Source: Longimicrobiales bacterium
GTDB taxonomy: Bacteria > Gemmatimonadota > Gemmatimonadetes > Longimicrobiales > Gaopeijiaceae
Direction: 5' to 3'
Length of the DNA stretch: 64,000 nt
NCBI GenBank assembly: GCA_963664435.2
Contig: CAXXKM010000001.1
Location: 1,088,001 to 1,152,000 of the forward strand
Shown here in pieces: positions 26,229 to 39,148 of this stretch; position 1 is the stretch's first letter, and each line of letters opens with the position of its first letter. The notes beneath the pieces are model-generated. The model did no database searches and was not told the origin of the DNA. It was given only the letters and a program-made list of their open reading frames with translations. The position numbers and the translations under genes are program-made.

Positions 26229-26681
26229 TTGAGCCGAACCGAAGTGCAACGCACGATCGCCGCGCCCGCCGACAAGGTTTTCGCAGCGGTCGCAGACGTG
26301 AGACAGTTCTCGCGCGCCGTAGAGAACATCGAGCGCGTCGAGTTCGTGTCCGACACCCGCACCGGCCTGGGCACCCGCTTCCGCGAAACCCGCCTCATGC
26401 GTGGGCGCGAGGCCACGGTCGAACTCGAGATCACGGAGTTCGCACCGCCCGAGCGAGTCCGGTTTCTGTCGGAGGCGGGTGGTGTCCGGTGGGACACGGT
26501 CTTCACGGTCGCGGCAGCCCGGGGCGGGAACACGCGCCTCGCGATGGTCATGGAGGCGACGCCTCTCACCCTCCCCGCCCGACTCATGGTGCCGCTGATG
26601 AAAGGCATGGTCCGCAAGGCGATTGCCGCGGACATGGACGCGGTCAAGGCGTATTGCGAGAAGGCGGCTGGCGACGCCTAG
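26229..26681 (+). CDS. SRPBCC-family protein
   Basis: IAAPADKVF...GTRFRETR...D.DAVKAYCE. Confidence 0.8.
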   Translation: MSRTEVQRTIAAPADKVFAAVADVRQFSRAVENIERVEFVSDTRTGLGTRFRETRLMRGREATVELEITEFAPPERVRFLSEAGGVRWDTVFTVAAARGGNTRLAMVMEATPLTLPARLMVPLMKGMVRKAIAADMDAVKAYCEKAAGDA

Positions 26682-26914
26682 CGCGCCGGGTCGGGCCAGG
26701 CATGGCCGCAGCCGGCGATGCCCGCCAGTACCGGGAGCCAACTGACGAATGGTGCCCTGAATCGGGCTCGAATGAAGTCCGTCACCGGCATTCCCTGCCC
26801 CGGGGCCCCGACGCGCGGGCACCGGGGTTTGCATCGTCGTTCGAGCGCATCCAGCTTTGGGCGCTTAAGGTTCGGTAGCTGCACCCACCACGACACCCCC
26901 AGAGACGCACAAAC

Positions 26915-29185
<2,271 letters not shown>

Positions 29186-29215
29186 CAGCCCGAATCTCTT
29201 CCGAAGGAGCAAGAC

Positions 29216-30637
29216 ATGACATTCGATGCACGCGCGAGGCGCTCCGGCGGCAAGGCGCTCTTCCTGCTCGCGTTGGCCCCGGCGCTGCTTGCGCTGGCCC
29301 CGGCGCTCGCGGGCGATCTTGTGGCCCAGAAGCCGGCTTTCGTCCCGGAGGATGTCCCGGCCCGGGTCCATCCCCTGCCCTCCCTGCGCGAGCAGGCGGT
29401 GGAGCAGCAGGAGTGGCTGGAGCTGCGCATCGGGCGCATTCTGCCGGCGCTGATGGCGGAATACGACGTGCGCATGTGGGTCCTGTCGATGCGCGAGTAC
29501 GCGGAGGATCCGGTTTTCTGGTCGATCACCTCGCCCACCACCTTCGCCGCCCGCCGCCGCTCCATCTACGTCTTCACCCGCCAGGATGACGGCGCGGTCG
29601 AACGGCTGGCGCTGGGCGGGACCGACCAGGGCGGAGTCTTCCAGGCGTACCGCTCCACGCGGCCGGCGCCCACCCAGCCCACCGCGGAACTGGTCGGCAA
29701 CGAGCAGTGGCGGCTGCTGCGCGAGCTGGTGGAGGACCGCGACCCGGAGAACATCGTCCTCAACATCGACCCGGACTGGGCATTCTCCGACGGGCTGCAC
29801 GCCGGGGAGCGCGAGGAGCTGGAGGAGGCGCTGGGCCCGGAGCTGATGGGGCGCGTGAAGCGCGAGCCGCGCCTGGCCATGAACTACATCGCGCTGCGCC
29901 TGCCGGAGATGATGCCCCGCTACCGCAAGGTCGAGGAGACCGTGCACGCGGTCATCTCGGAGGCCTTCTCGAACGCGGTGATCACGCCCGGGGAGACCAC
30001 GGTCGAGGACGTGGAGTGGTGGATGCGCCAGCGGGTGCGCGACCTGGGCTACACGACCTGGTTCCAGGCCAACGTGGACGTGCAGCGCGCGGGCGAGGTG
30101 CCCTCGGACGGCCCCGCGGTGATCGAGCGCGGCGATCTGCTCTGGACCGACTTCGGGGTGGTGGCGCAGAACCTCCACACCGACACCCAGCACCTGGGCT
30201 ACGTTCTGCGCGAAGGCGAGACCGAGGCGCCGGCAGGGCTGCGGCAGTGCATCGCCAACTCGAACCGCCTGCAGGACATCCTGCTGGAGCACATGGAGCC
30301 GGGGCTGACCGGCAACGTGATCCTCGCCAACACGCTGGCGCAGATGCGGGAGGAGGGGATCAACGGGACGGTGTACACGCATCCCATCGGCGATCACGGC
30401 CACGGCGCGGGGCCGCTGATCGGGCGCTGGGACGGGCAGGAGGGGGTGCCGGTGCGCGGCGACGCGGTGCTGCTGCCCTCGACCTGGCACTCGATCGAGC
30501 TGCAGGCCACGACCCCGATCCCGGAGTGGGACGGCAAGCCGGCGAGCTGCCGCCAGGAGGAGGAGGCGTACCTGGACACCGACGGCGCGCGGCACTGGGT
30601 GTTCCGGCGGCAAAGCAGGTTTCACATCGTGTGGTAG
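29216..30637 (+). CDS. Secreted M24-family peptidase
   Basis: Signal peptide; DFG..HTDTQH, HPIGDHGHG, SIEL, QEEE. Confidence 0.8.
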   Translation: MTFDARARRSGGKALFLLALAPALLALAPALAGDLVAQKPAFVPEDVPARVHPLPSLREQAVEQQEWLELRIGRILPALMAEYDVRMWVLSMREYAEDPVFWSITSPTTFAARRRSIYVFTRQDDGAVERLALGGTDQGGVFQAYRSTRPAPTQPTAELVGNEQWRLLRELVEDRDPENIVLNIDPDWAFSDGLHAGEREELEEALGPELMGRVKREPRLAMNYIALRLPEMMPRYRKVEETVHAVISEAFSNAVITPGETTVEDVEWWMRQRVRDLGYTTWFQANVDVQRAGEVPSDGPAVIERGDLLWTDFGVVAQNLHTDTQHLGYVLREGETEAPAGLRQCIANSNRLQDILLEHMEPGLTGNVILANTLAQMREEGINGTVYTHPIGDHGHGAGPLIGRWDGQEGVPVRGDAVLLPSTWHSIELQATTPIPEWDGKPASCRQEEEAYLDTDGARHWVFRRQSRFHIVW

Positions 30638-30797
30638 AGTGCCCCGGGTCCCGCATCCAGCCACACCCGCCCGGAGAGCAGCTGCGGTCGGGAAGGCAAT
30701 CGGAGATAACAACAGTAGTTGTCAGTAAATAACAGTTGATGGAGAGGCAGCGGCTGGCCATGGCCGTCGGATGCGATTTTGGCGGAGACACCTGCAG

Positions 30798-32468
30798 ATG
30801 GGAAACGGAATGACCATGAAGGCGACACGGAATTCGATCCGGAGCACGGCCCACACGATTCGGCGCAGAGCTCATTCGATTCGGCGCACGGCCCTGGGGA
30901 TAGTGCTGGCCTCGGGCGGAGCGATGGCCGGGGCGGCCGAGCCGGCGGCAGCGCAGGGATTGGCCGTGCCGGATCCCGTCCTTGAGGGCATCTGGACCGA
31001 GGCGATGGACAACTCGCAGATCGAGCCCATGGGGCAGGTGCTGCTGGACGCCATCGGGCCCCGGCTCACCGGCACGCCGCACATGGAGCGTGCCCAGGAA
31101 TGGGCGGTCTCGATGCTGTCCCGCTGGGGCGTGGAGGCGCGCACCGAGGAGTACGGCACCTGGGAGGGATGGGACCGCGGGGTCAGCCACGTGGACCTGG
31201 TGGCGCCGCGGGTGCGCTCGCTGGAGGGGCGCATACTGGCGTGGAGCCCGGGCACCGGGGGCGAGCCGGTGGAGGGCGGAGTGGCCGTGCTTCCGGAGAT
31301 GCGCTCGCCGGCGGACTGGGAGGCCTTCCTGGGCACGGTGAGCGGGAAGTGGGTGATGTTTTCCTTCCCCCAGCCGACCTGCCGGGCGGACGAGCAGTGG
31401 GTCGAGTTCGCGCAGGAGGGCTCGTATGAAGCCATGGCCCAGGCGCGCACGGCGGCGAACCGGGCCTTCAACCAGGGCTTGGCCGCCACCGGCTCGCGCG
31501 ACCCGCGCCGCCGCGACCTGCACGCGCGGATCGAGGAGGCGGGCGCGCTGGGGATCGTGACCTCGCTCTGGCCGGGTTCGTACGGGACCACGCGCGTCTT
31601 CAACGCCTACAACCGCGAGACCCCCACCTTCGAGTTGGGGTGCGAGGACTACGGGCTCGTCCATCGTCTGGCCGCCAACGGACAGGAGCCGGTGCTGCGG
31701 CTGACCGCGGAAGCCGAGAACCTGGGCGAGGTGCCGGTGTCCAACGTCATCGGCACCATCCCGGGGACGGAGCTCCCGGACGAGTACGTCATGCTCTCGG
31801 CCCACTTCGACTCCTGGGAGGGCGGATCGGGCGCGACCGACAACGCCACCGGGTCGCTGCTCATGCTCGAGACCATGCGCATCCTGTCCGAGGTCTACCC
31901 GAACCCGAAGCGCACCATCCTCATCGGGCTCTGGAACGGAGAGGAACAGGGGCTCAACGGCTCGCGTGCCTTCAGCGAGGACCATCCCGAGGTGGTGGAG
32001 GGGCTGCAGGTGCTCTTCAACCAGGACAACGGCACCGGGCGGGTGGTGAACATCTCCGCGCAGGGGTTCACGGGGGTCGGCGCCTCGCTCGCGCAGTGGC
32101 TGACGCGGGTGCCGGTCGAGGTCTCGGGCCACGTCAGCCTGAGGCTTCCGGGCAACCCTGGAGGCGGCGGTTCGGACTACGCTTCGTTCGTCTGCCACGG
32201 CGCGCCCGGCATCAACCTGAGCGCGCTCTCATGGGACTACGGGTCGCACACCTGGCACACCCACCGCGACACCTTCGACAAGCTCGTCTTCGACGACCTC
32301 AGGAACAACGCGGTGCTGGCCGCCTCGTTGGTCTACCTGGCTTCGGAGGATGATCAGCGCGTGAGCCGCGAACGGCGCGAGCTGATCATGGGGCTCGGCG
32401 GAACCGGCGGGCGCTGGCCGGTATGCACGCCGGCGGTGCGGAGCTCGAGGGACAGCCAGAGGATGTAG
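30798..32468 (+). CDS. Secreted M28-family peptidase
   Basis: SAHFDSW, ATDNATG, GEEQGL, NQDNG, WHT. Confidence 0.9.
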   Translation: MGNGMTMKATRNSIRSTAHTIRRRAHSIRRTALGIVLASGGAMAGAAEPAAAQGLAVPDPVLEGIWTEAMDNSQIEPMGQVLLDAIGPRLTGTPHMERAQEWAVSMLSRWGVEARTEEYGTWEGWDRGVSHVDLVAPRVRSLEGRILAWSPGTGGEPVEGGVAVLPEMRSPADWEAFLGTVSGKWVMFSFPQPTCRADEQWVEFAQEGSYEAMAQARTAANRAFNQGLAATGSRDPRRRDLHARIEEAGALGIVTSLWPGSYGTTRVFNAYNRETPTFELGCEDYGLVHRLAANGQEPVLRLTAEAENLGEVPVSNVIGTIPGTELPDEYVMLSAHFDSWEGGSGATDNATGSLLMLETMRILSEVYPNPKRTILIGLWNGEEQGLNGSRAFSEDHPEVVEGLQVLFNQDNGTGRVVNISAQGFTGVGASLAQWLTRVPVEVSGHVSLRLPGNPGGGGSDYASFVCHGAPGINLSALSWDYGSHTWHTHRDTFDKLVFDDLRNNAVLAASLVYLASEDDQRVSRERRELIMGLGGTGGRWPVCTPAVRSSRDSQRM

Positions 32469-32551
32469 ATGGCCGGGGGCGCAGACGGCCGGGCCTGGGC
32501 TTTCGCCCGCAGGCGGCCAGCCGTCAGCGGGCCGTCAGCCTGCGCAAGCCC

Positions 32552-33796
32552 TCAGCCGTCCAGGGGCCGATAACCGTCCGCGGGCGGTTTGTCCCCTCCC
32601 CCGACCCATCGGTCCACCAGCACCGACGTGGTGATCTGGCCCCACAGGTTGGTGACCGTGCGGAACATGTCCGGGACGCGGTCGATGCCGAGCAGGATGC
32701 CCAGCCCGGCGAGCGGCACCCCCGCCACGTCGAGCGCGGGCGCCATGGTGAAGATGCTCGCCGACGGCACCGGCGCGATGGTGAGCGCGACCAGGAAGAC
32801 CGCCAGCACTGCCCCGCCGGCCGCGGCGAGCGGGAACGGCACCTCGAACAGGTGGGCCAGGAACACCACCGCGGCCCCCTGGAAGAGCGCGCTGCCGGGC
32901 CGGTAGAGCGACGCGCCCAGCGGCAGCACCAGGTCGGCGACGTTCTCCGACACCCCCAGCTTCCCGCTCGCCTCCTGGAGGGACGCCGGGAGGGCGGCCA
33001 CCGTACTGGTGCTCGCGAAGGCGATGGAGGTGGCGCCGAACACCCCGGTCACGAAGCGCCCCGGACTGATGCCGCCCACCCAGCGCAGCAACACCAGGAA
33101 CACCCCGCCGGTGAACAGGACGAGCCCCGTGAGCACGGCCGCGACGAACACCGCCAGGCTCTGCACCAGGTCCCACCCGAGCTGCGCGGTCACCGGGGCG
33201 GCCAGCCCGAATACCCCCACCGGCGCGCACCAGAGCACCCACCAGACCAGCTTGACCAGCGTCGCCGAGACCGCCTCGGCGAAGGCCATCAGCTGCGCCT
33301 TGTGCTTCCCGCCGAGCGCGGCTGCGGCCGCCCCGAAGAGCGCGGTGAACACGATCAGCGGGAGCAGGCTCCCCGCCGAGGCCGCCGCGAAGGGGTTGGG
33401 CGGCACCAGGGTCACCAGGAAGTCGACGATGCCGGGGATCTCGGGGGCGGCCTGCTCGCCGGCGACAGGCATGGCCACCTCCGGCGCAAAGCGCAGGAAG
33501 AATCCCATCGTCGCCATCCCGAGCACGATCGCCGGCGGGGTGGTGATCCAGTAGAAGCCGAGGGTGGTGCCGCCCAGCCGCCCCAGCTTCCGCAGATCGC
33601 CGAGGCGGGCCACCCCGATGAAGATCACCGCCATCACCAGCGGGATCACCACCATGCGGATGGCGTTCATGAAGACGGTGCCGATCGGCGCGGAGGCGAG
33701 CGCGACCGCCATGAGCGCGTCCGAACCGGTGGCCGCGGCGAGCAGCCCGACCGCGAAGCCCAGCACGAGCCCCACAGCGATGAGGATGTGCAGCAT
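32552..33796 (-). CDS. Dicarboxylate/amino acid:cation symporter
   Basis: PPNPFAA, FASTSTVAALP, VLPLGA, DMFRTVTN. Confidence 0.88.
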   Translation of the reverse strand: MLHILIAVGLVLGFAVGLLAAATGSDALMAVALASAPIGTVFMNAIRMVVIPLVMAVIFIGVARLGDLRKLGRLGGTTLGFYWITTPPAIVLGMATMGFFLRFAPEVAMPVAGEQAAPEIPGIVDFLVTLVPPNPFAAASAGSLLPLIVFTALFGAAAAALGGKHKAQLMAFAEAVSATLVKLVWWVLWCAPVGVFGLAAPVTAQLGWDLVQSLAVFVAAVLTGLVLFTGGVFLVLLRWVGGISPGRFVTGVFGATSIAFASTSTVAALPASLQEASGKLGVSENVADLVLPLGASLYRPGSALFQGAAVVFLAHLFEVPFPLAAAGGAVLAVFLVALTIAPVPSASIFTMAPALDVAGVPLAGLGILLGIDRVPDMFRTVTNLWGQITTSVLVDRWVGGGDKPPADGYRPLDG

Positions 33797-34002
33797 GGGA
33801 TTCCTCCGGGCTGGAGCTCGGGGCCGGCGGCTGGAATGCGCCGGCGGGGCTGCACCGATGCTACGCCGCCGCCTTCCCGCCCGGCAACCCTGTGCCCCAG
33901 CCAGGTGCCGCGTCATCCACTGCGGGCCCGCACGGCGCTGCCTCCCGTTTTCCCGCGCCGTAGCCGGTTTATCTTCCTCCACCCCCAACCCGGAGCCCGT
34001 CC

Positions 34003-34413
34003 GTGAACGACCCGTATTTCCTCGCGATCGCCGTCCTGGGCGGCCTTCTCGCCCTCGCCGCCCTCGTCCTCGCCATCGTGCTGCGGCGCTACACCCGACT
34101 GCGTCTGGAGCTGCCGGGCATGCTGCGGGAGGCCCGCCAGGACGCGGTGACGCGCAGCACGGCGGTCACGCGCGGCCAGGCGTTCGAGCACCTGGCGCCC
34201 TTCCTGGACGACTTCGGCTACCATCCCCGGGACGCCCGCTTTCTGGGGAGCCCCATCGATCTTGTCGTATTCGACGGCCTCGGCGAGACGGATGTGCGCG
34301 AGATCGTCTTTGTGGAGGTCAAGACAGGCCGGTCCCGCCTGAGCGCCCGTGAGCGGGCGGTGCGGCAAGCCGTGCTCGAACGGCGGGTGACGTGGCGGGA
34401 GCTGCGGGCCTGA
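34003..34413 (+). CDS. Membrane-anchored Holliday-junction-resolvase-like endonuclease
   Basis: N-terminal TM; EHLAPF, RFLGSPIDLVVFDGL, FVEVKTG. Confidence 0.8.
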   Translation: MNDPYFLAIAVLGGLLALAALVLAIVLRRYTRLRLELPGMLREARQDAVTRSTAVTRGQAFEHLAPFLDDFGYHPRDARFLGSPIDLVVFDGLGETDVREIVFVEVKTGRSRLSARERAVRQAVLERRVTWRELRA

Positions 34414-34576
34414 CCGCGTCGGCGCCGACGGAACAGCCCGTGCGTCAGGGTCTGGCACTCGGGCCTGTATCCCTGCTTCAGGGTGAAGCGCGATCCGCGC
34501 GATCCGCGCAGCCGGAACCGGCTCCAGGGATCGGGCTGGAGTGTGTCCGAGGGGCTGTCGGGGCTAAAATGGTCGC

Positions 34577-36355
34577 ATGACATACGAAATCGTGTTCGTG
34601 CTGCTGGTTGCGGGGGCGGCCCTGGTGCTCTTCGCAATGGACCGCATCCGGCTCGACCAGCTCTCCATGTCGGTTCCCGTGGTGCTGCTGCTGGGCGGCA
34701 TCATCGGTCCGCGCGAGGCGCTCTCCGGCCTCTCCAGCGAGGCGACGGTCACCGTGGCGGCGATGCTGGTGCTGGGGCTCGGGCTGCGCAAGACGGGCCT
34801 GGTGGCGGCGATCGGCATCTGGGCGCGCACGGCGCCGCTCGGCGGCAAGACCCTGCGCATGCTCATCCTCTGCCTGCTGGTGGCCTTTCTGTCGCCGTTC
34901 CTGAACAACACGGCGGTGGTGATCGTGTTCATCCCCGTGTTCGCGGCGCTTGCCGACCAGGCCGACGAGCCGGTCTCGCTGTACCTGATGCCGCTCTCGT
35001 TCGTGGCCATCATGGGCGGGACGGTAACCCTGATCGGGACCGCCACGAACCTGGTCGTGCACGGGGAGGCGGTCGCGCGCGGGTACGACGAGGTGACCAT
35101 GTTCTCCATCGCCCCGGTGGGGCTGATCTGCCTGGCGGTGGGCATGCTCTACCTCTTCACCATCGGCCGCCGCTTCATCCCTCGCCGGAAGCGCCCCCCG
35201 GACCTGTCCAGCCGCTACGGCGTGCGCCGGTTCACGACAGAGCTGAGGGTGGTGCAGGGCTCGCCCGCAGCCGGAAGATCGCTCGCCGATTTGCGCTGGG
35301 GAGAGCGTTTCGACGTCATGGTCGTGGGGATCGAGCGGGATGGACGAACCATCTCCCTCCCCGCCGGCGAGCGCGTCCTGGAGGCCGGGGACCGGCTCTA
35401 CGCGCAGGGCGCGGCGGACAACCTGCTGCGTCTCGCGCAGGCGCAGAAACTAGACACCCCCGAGGGCAAGGCGCCCCGGGAAGCGAGCGAGAAGGTCGTC
35501 GGGGGACGCATGGTGGAGGTCATCATGGGGCCTGGTTCGGCGCTGGTGGGGCGGACGCTCAAGGACCTCTCCTTCGCCCAGCGCTACGACGTAACCGTGC
35601 TCGGAGTCCAGAGCCACGGCGCTGCCGTCACCGACCGGATCGCGCAGATGGAGTTCTCCGTGGGCGACATCCTGCTGGTGCGCGGGGAGGCGAGCGCTCT
35701 GGACCGGCTGGCCGACGAGCCGGGCTTCATCCCGATGGCTGAGGTGGACCACCCGGTGGGCAGCAGGCCGCGCGCCGCCTTCGCGGCCGCCATCATGGCC
35801 GGGGTGGTGCTGGTCGCGAGCGTCGGCCTATTCCCCATCTCCACCGCGGCGATGGCGGGGGTGGCGTTCATGGTGTTCACCGGGTGCGTGCGCGTAAACG
35901 AGATCTACGCGGAACTCGACTGGCTGGTGGTGTTCGTGATGGCCGGGCTCATCCCGCTGGGACTGGCGATGGAGTCGACAGGCGCGGCCGGCTGGATCGC
36001 CTCGGGGGTGGTGGGCGCGACCTCCGGGCTCGGCGAGACGGGGATGATCGGGGCGTTCTACCTGCTGACTGCCGTCATGACCGCGGTGGTGGCCAACACC
36101 GCCACGGCCGTGATGCTCACCCCGGTGGCCATCCTCGTGGCCCAGGACGCCGGACTGAACCCCTACGCCCTGCTGGTGACGGTCATGTTCGGGGCGTCGG
36201 CCTCCTTCGTGACCCCGTTCGGCTACAAGACCAACGTGATGATCTACTCGCCGGGCGGATACCGCTTCATGGACTTCGTGAAGGTGGGCGGGCCGCTCAA
36301 CCTGCTCCTGGCCATCGTGGCCTCGATCTGCATCCCGTTTTTCTGGCCCAGTTGA
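34577..36355 (+). CDS. SLC13-family permease with two TrkA-C domains
   Basis: FLNNT, LIGTATNL, TPFGYKTN. Confidence 0.9.
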   Translation: MTYEIVFVLLVAGAALVLFAMDRIRLDQLSMSVPVVLLLGGIIGPREALSGLSSEATVTVAAMLVLGLGLRKTGLVAAIGIWARTAPLGGKTLRMLILCLLVAFLSPFLNNTAVVIVFIPVFAALADQADEPVSLYLMPLSFVAIMGGTVTLIGTATNLVVHGEAVARGYDEVTMFSIAPVGLICLAVGMLYLFTIGRRFIPRRKRPPDLSSRYGVRRFTTELRVVQGSPAAGRSLADLRWGERFDVMVVGIERDGRTISLPAGERVLEAGDRLYAQGAADNLLRLAQAQKLDTPEGKAPREASEKVVGGRMVEVIMGPGSALVGRTLKDLSFAQRYDVTVLGVQSHGAAVTDRIAQMEFSVGDILLVRGEASALDRLADEPGFIPMAEVDHPVGSRPRAAFAAAIMAGVVLVASVGLFPISTAAMAGVAFMVFTGCVRVNEIYAELDWLVVFVMAGLIPLGLAMESTGAAGWIASGVVGATSGLGETGMIGAFYLLTAVMTAVVANTATAVMLTPVAILVAQDAGLNPYALLVTVMFGASASFVTPFGYKTNVMIYSPGGYRFMDFVKVGGPLNLLLAIVASICIPFFWPS

Positions 36356-36561
36356 GTCGGGGCGGGATCACCGGCGCGGCACCCCGCACCCACCCGCAGG
36401 CAATCCAGATCGCCCATTCCGCGGCCGGCTGCGTGTAGCGATCCGGGCAACCTCCTCGCCACGGAGAGAATCACATCGCACAGAAGGCGTAAGGCGCTCG
36501 GTTCGGTTCCGGGCCTCGTGCGCGCATTGTTTTCGAGCACGAGCAAGACGAGGCGCTTCCA

Positions 36562-37446
36562 TTGACATCGGATCGCGCGGGCGTCGATATCCGGCGCAGG
36601 GACAGCCGCCGGGTGATCGTGGTCTCCATGGCCACGTCGATCGCGATCCATGCGTTCGTGTTTTCCCTGGGCATCGGCTCATCCGCCGCAACCAGCCCAC
36701 GTGCAGGGGCTACCCCCGACTTCGCGGGCTCCCGCACGTCACGAGGCGCCCCGTCGGGCATCCGGATCACCAGAATCGTCGGTCGCGAACCGGCCGTGCA
36801 GTCCGAATCGGAGACGGCCATACAGCTTGAATTGCCCGAAACTGCGACCGGGGCTGTGGCCGAGCTGATCGAACCCGAGTCGGAGGACATGCAAGCATCG
36901 GCGCCGGATGATCCGCCGCCCGCACCCGACCCCGCGCCGGAAGATCTGTCGCCCACACACCAACCCGGGGTGCCTGGAGTCGCCGGGAACAGACCAGCCG
37001 CTCGGCTGAGGCCACGCTTCACCAATCCGGCGCTCTGGCGGCGAATCCAGAATGTCGCTGATCCGGCGGTCAACAGCGGCGTACGCGTGCGCGACCGCGT
37101 CGACGACGGCGCATCGCGATACATGCCGTCCGACGCCTGGGCGTTCAATACGTGGACGAGACGCGACGCGACCGGACGGCTCTGGGGCGCCGCCCCGGGC
37201 GTGATCTACCTCAGCGGGTTCAGCATAAGCACCTGTGGTGGACGCTTCGACGCCTCGAACTGCGGGTTCGGCGTACCTGGCTGGCGGCGAAGAGAATACC
37301 AGCGCTTCCTTCAAGCCGTAACGGAGATCGAGGAACAACAACGATGGGGGCGTATCATGGAACGCGGCCGGGCAATCACTGAACGGCGGGGCGCGGAACG
37401 CCATCCGAAAACCGACTCTATCCCCGAAATGCTCGATGGGGATTGA
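36562..37446 (+). CDS. Hypothetical membrane-anchored Pro-rich protein
   Basis: TM segment SIAIHAFVF followed by a Pro/acidic linker. Confidence 0.45.
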   Translation: MTSDRAGVDIRRRDSRRVIVVSMATSIAIHAFVFSLGIGSSAATSPRAGATPDFAGSRTSRGAPSGIRITRIVGREPAVQSESETAIQLELPETATGAVAELIEPESEDMQASAPDDPPPAPDPAPEDLSPTHQPGVPGVAGNRPAARLRPRFTNPALWRRIQNVADPAVNSGVRVRDRVDDGASRYMPSDAWAFNTWTRRDATGRLWGAAPGVIYLSGFSISTCGGRFDASNCGFGVPGWRRREYQRFLQAVTEIEEQQRWGRIMERGRAITERRGAERHPKTDSIPEMLDGD

Positions 37447-37627
37447 AACGGGGTGCCCGGACTTCCACTTCGACTCGATTCCGTAGATCTGCGGGCCGGC
37501 GCCGTCCGCCACCTCCTCCTTGGCACGTTCGGAGCTGGCGGCCGAGCGATCGAGGCGTTGCGCGTGGAGCTGAACGAGGCGTTGGCGCAGGTGGAAGCGC
37601 CGGAACAGGGCCGGGGAACGAGGCTGG

Positions 37628-38878
37628 CTACGGCCCCAGCGCCCCGATCGGAATCACGCTCACGCCATCCTCCCGCGTGTAGCCGTAGCCGCCGCTCACG
37701 ATCACGCCGAGCGCCATCGGCTCTCCCATGCTCACCGGGTCCACCCGTTCCGCCAGTCGCAGCAGGTTGGTGGCGCCGGCGTCCGCCCGGCCCTCGCCAA
37801 GCTTGACCTCGAAGGCCGCCCAACGACCGTCGTTGGCCTGAACGATCGCGTCCACCTCCAGGCCTCCCTTCTCGCGGTAATGAAACACCTCGGCGTCGGC
37901 GGCCTGGGCATAGACCCTCAGATCCCGTACAACCATCGACTCGAAGAGAAACCCGAGGAAGTCGAGGTCGCGGAGCAGCCGCGCGGGCGTTGCGCGGACG
38001 GCGGCCACGGCGAGAGACGGATCTGCAAGGTGCCGGATCGGCTTGCTCCTCAGCACCGATCTCGATCTCAGATGCGTGGGCCATGCCGGCTGGTTCTCCA
38101 CGATCATGATGCGCTCCAGCGCCCGAAGATAGTCGGCCGCCGTGTGCTCCCTTATGGCGGATACGCCTTCGCCGGTGCCCGATGCGAGGGTCGCGGTCGC
38201 CACGTGCGTCGCGACGTTCCGCGCCAGGGACCGCAGGAGCATGCCCACCCGCACAGGGTCTCGCTTTCTGCCGTCGCCATTGGCGATGTCCAGGCGCCGG
38301 ATCTCGTCGAGGTGATCCCTGTTGGCGCGGAGCGCCGTTTGCGTGCTGCGCCCAAGGTTGACGGGCCACCCACCCACGCAGATCAGCTCCGCCAGGTCAT
38401 CGAGGAGGATCACCGATCTGCCTGCCCTGGCGGGCGTCCCCTCCAGGAGAGCGGCCAGCGAGACTTCGCCGGACGAATGACCCAGCTCGAACAGTGAGAG
38501 CGGGCGCATGCGGAGACGCGTCAGCCGTCCGGCGCCGGTATGTCGGGTGGCGTCGTCGGCCGGCACCGCCGACCCGGTAAGGATGAACTGACCCGGCTGG
38601 CGCCGATCGTCCACCGCCCTGCGCATGTGATTCCAGATCGCCGGCTCCAGCTGCCATTCGTCGATCAACCGCGGAACATTGCCGACCAGCACGCGGGCTG
38701 GTTCGAGGCTGGCCAGGCGTCGCGCCACATCGTCCACGTCGAGCCGCACTTCGCTGACGGCGATCTGCTGTGCCGTGGTGGTCTTGCCGCAAGCCCTCGG
38801 GCCCTCGATCACGACTGCGCCGGTGGCCTGCAGGCGCTCGGCCAGTTCGCGGTCGACGATTCTGGGCTGGTAGGTCAT
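37628..38878 (-). CDS. AAA ATPase with DUF4143/PD-(D/E)xK C-terminus
   Basis: GPRACGKTT, LIDEWQ, FILTGS, GFLFE, EVD...FEVK. Confidence 0.9.
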   Translation of the reverse strand: MTYQPRIVDRELAERLQATGAVVIEGPRACGKTTTAQQIAVSEVRLDVDDVARRLASLEPARVLVGNVPRLIDEWQLEPAIWNHMRRAVDDRRQPGQFILTGSAVPADDATRHTGAGRLTRLRMRPLSLFELGHSSGEVSLAALLEGTPARAGRSVILLDDLAELICVGGWPVNLGRSTQTALRANRDHLDEIRRLDIANGDGRKRDPVRVGMLLRSLARNVATHVATATLASGTGEGVSAIREHTAADYLRALERIMIVENQPAWPTHLRSRSVLRSKPIRHLADPSLAVAAVRATPARLLRDLDFLGFLFESMVVRDLRVYAQAADAEVFHYREKGGLEVDAIVQANDGRWAAFEVKLGEGRADAGATNLLRLAERVDPVSMGEPMALGVIVSGGYGYTREDGVSVIPIGALGP

Positions 38879-38953
38879 GTGGATACCGTCATGGGTCTGG
38901 TGGGGCGCAGCCGCAGGAGGATGGTAACCATCGGCAGGGCTTGGGGAAAGAGA

Positions 38954-39080
38954 TCAGCGTCAGATTCGGCAGCATATCAGCGTCAGATCTGGCACATTAT
39001 GAATGACAGAACCGGCGCTCCTTTACCGACAGCAATAATACATTTTCAGCGTCAGATTTAGCATTGTATCGGCGTCAGGA
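38954..39080. repeat. Degenerate 23-bp-period array with core TCAGCGTCAGAT
   Basis: Exact cores at 38954, 38977, 39046; variants at 39000, 39023, 39069. Confidence 0.8.
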
Positions 39081-39099
39081 ACGGCGCAGGCCGGGCACC

Positions 39100-39117
39100 G
39101 AGTTTCAGCTGAAACTC
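39100..39117. promoter_or_regulatory. Perfect palindrome, parS-like
   Basis: GAGTTTCAGCTGAAACTC; same 14-bp core at 16120 and 17314. Confidence 0.5.
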
Positions 39118-39148
39118 ACTTGGGCTCTTCGATCCCGGGGCCGTCCGG

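Noticed and set aside
38954..39080. CRISPR array
   Set aside because: 23-bp period with 11-bp linkers, degenerate cores and no cas genes
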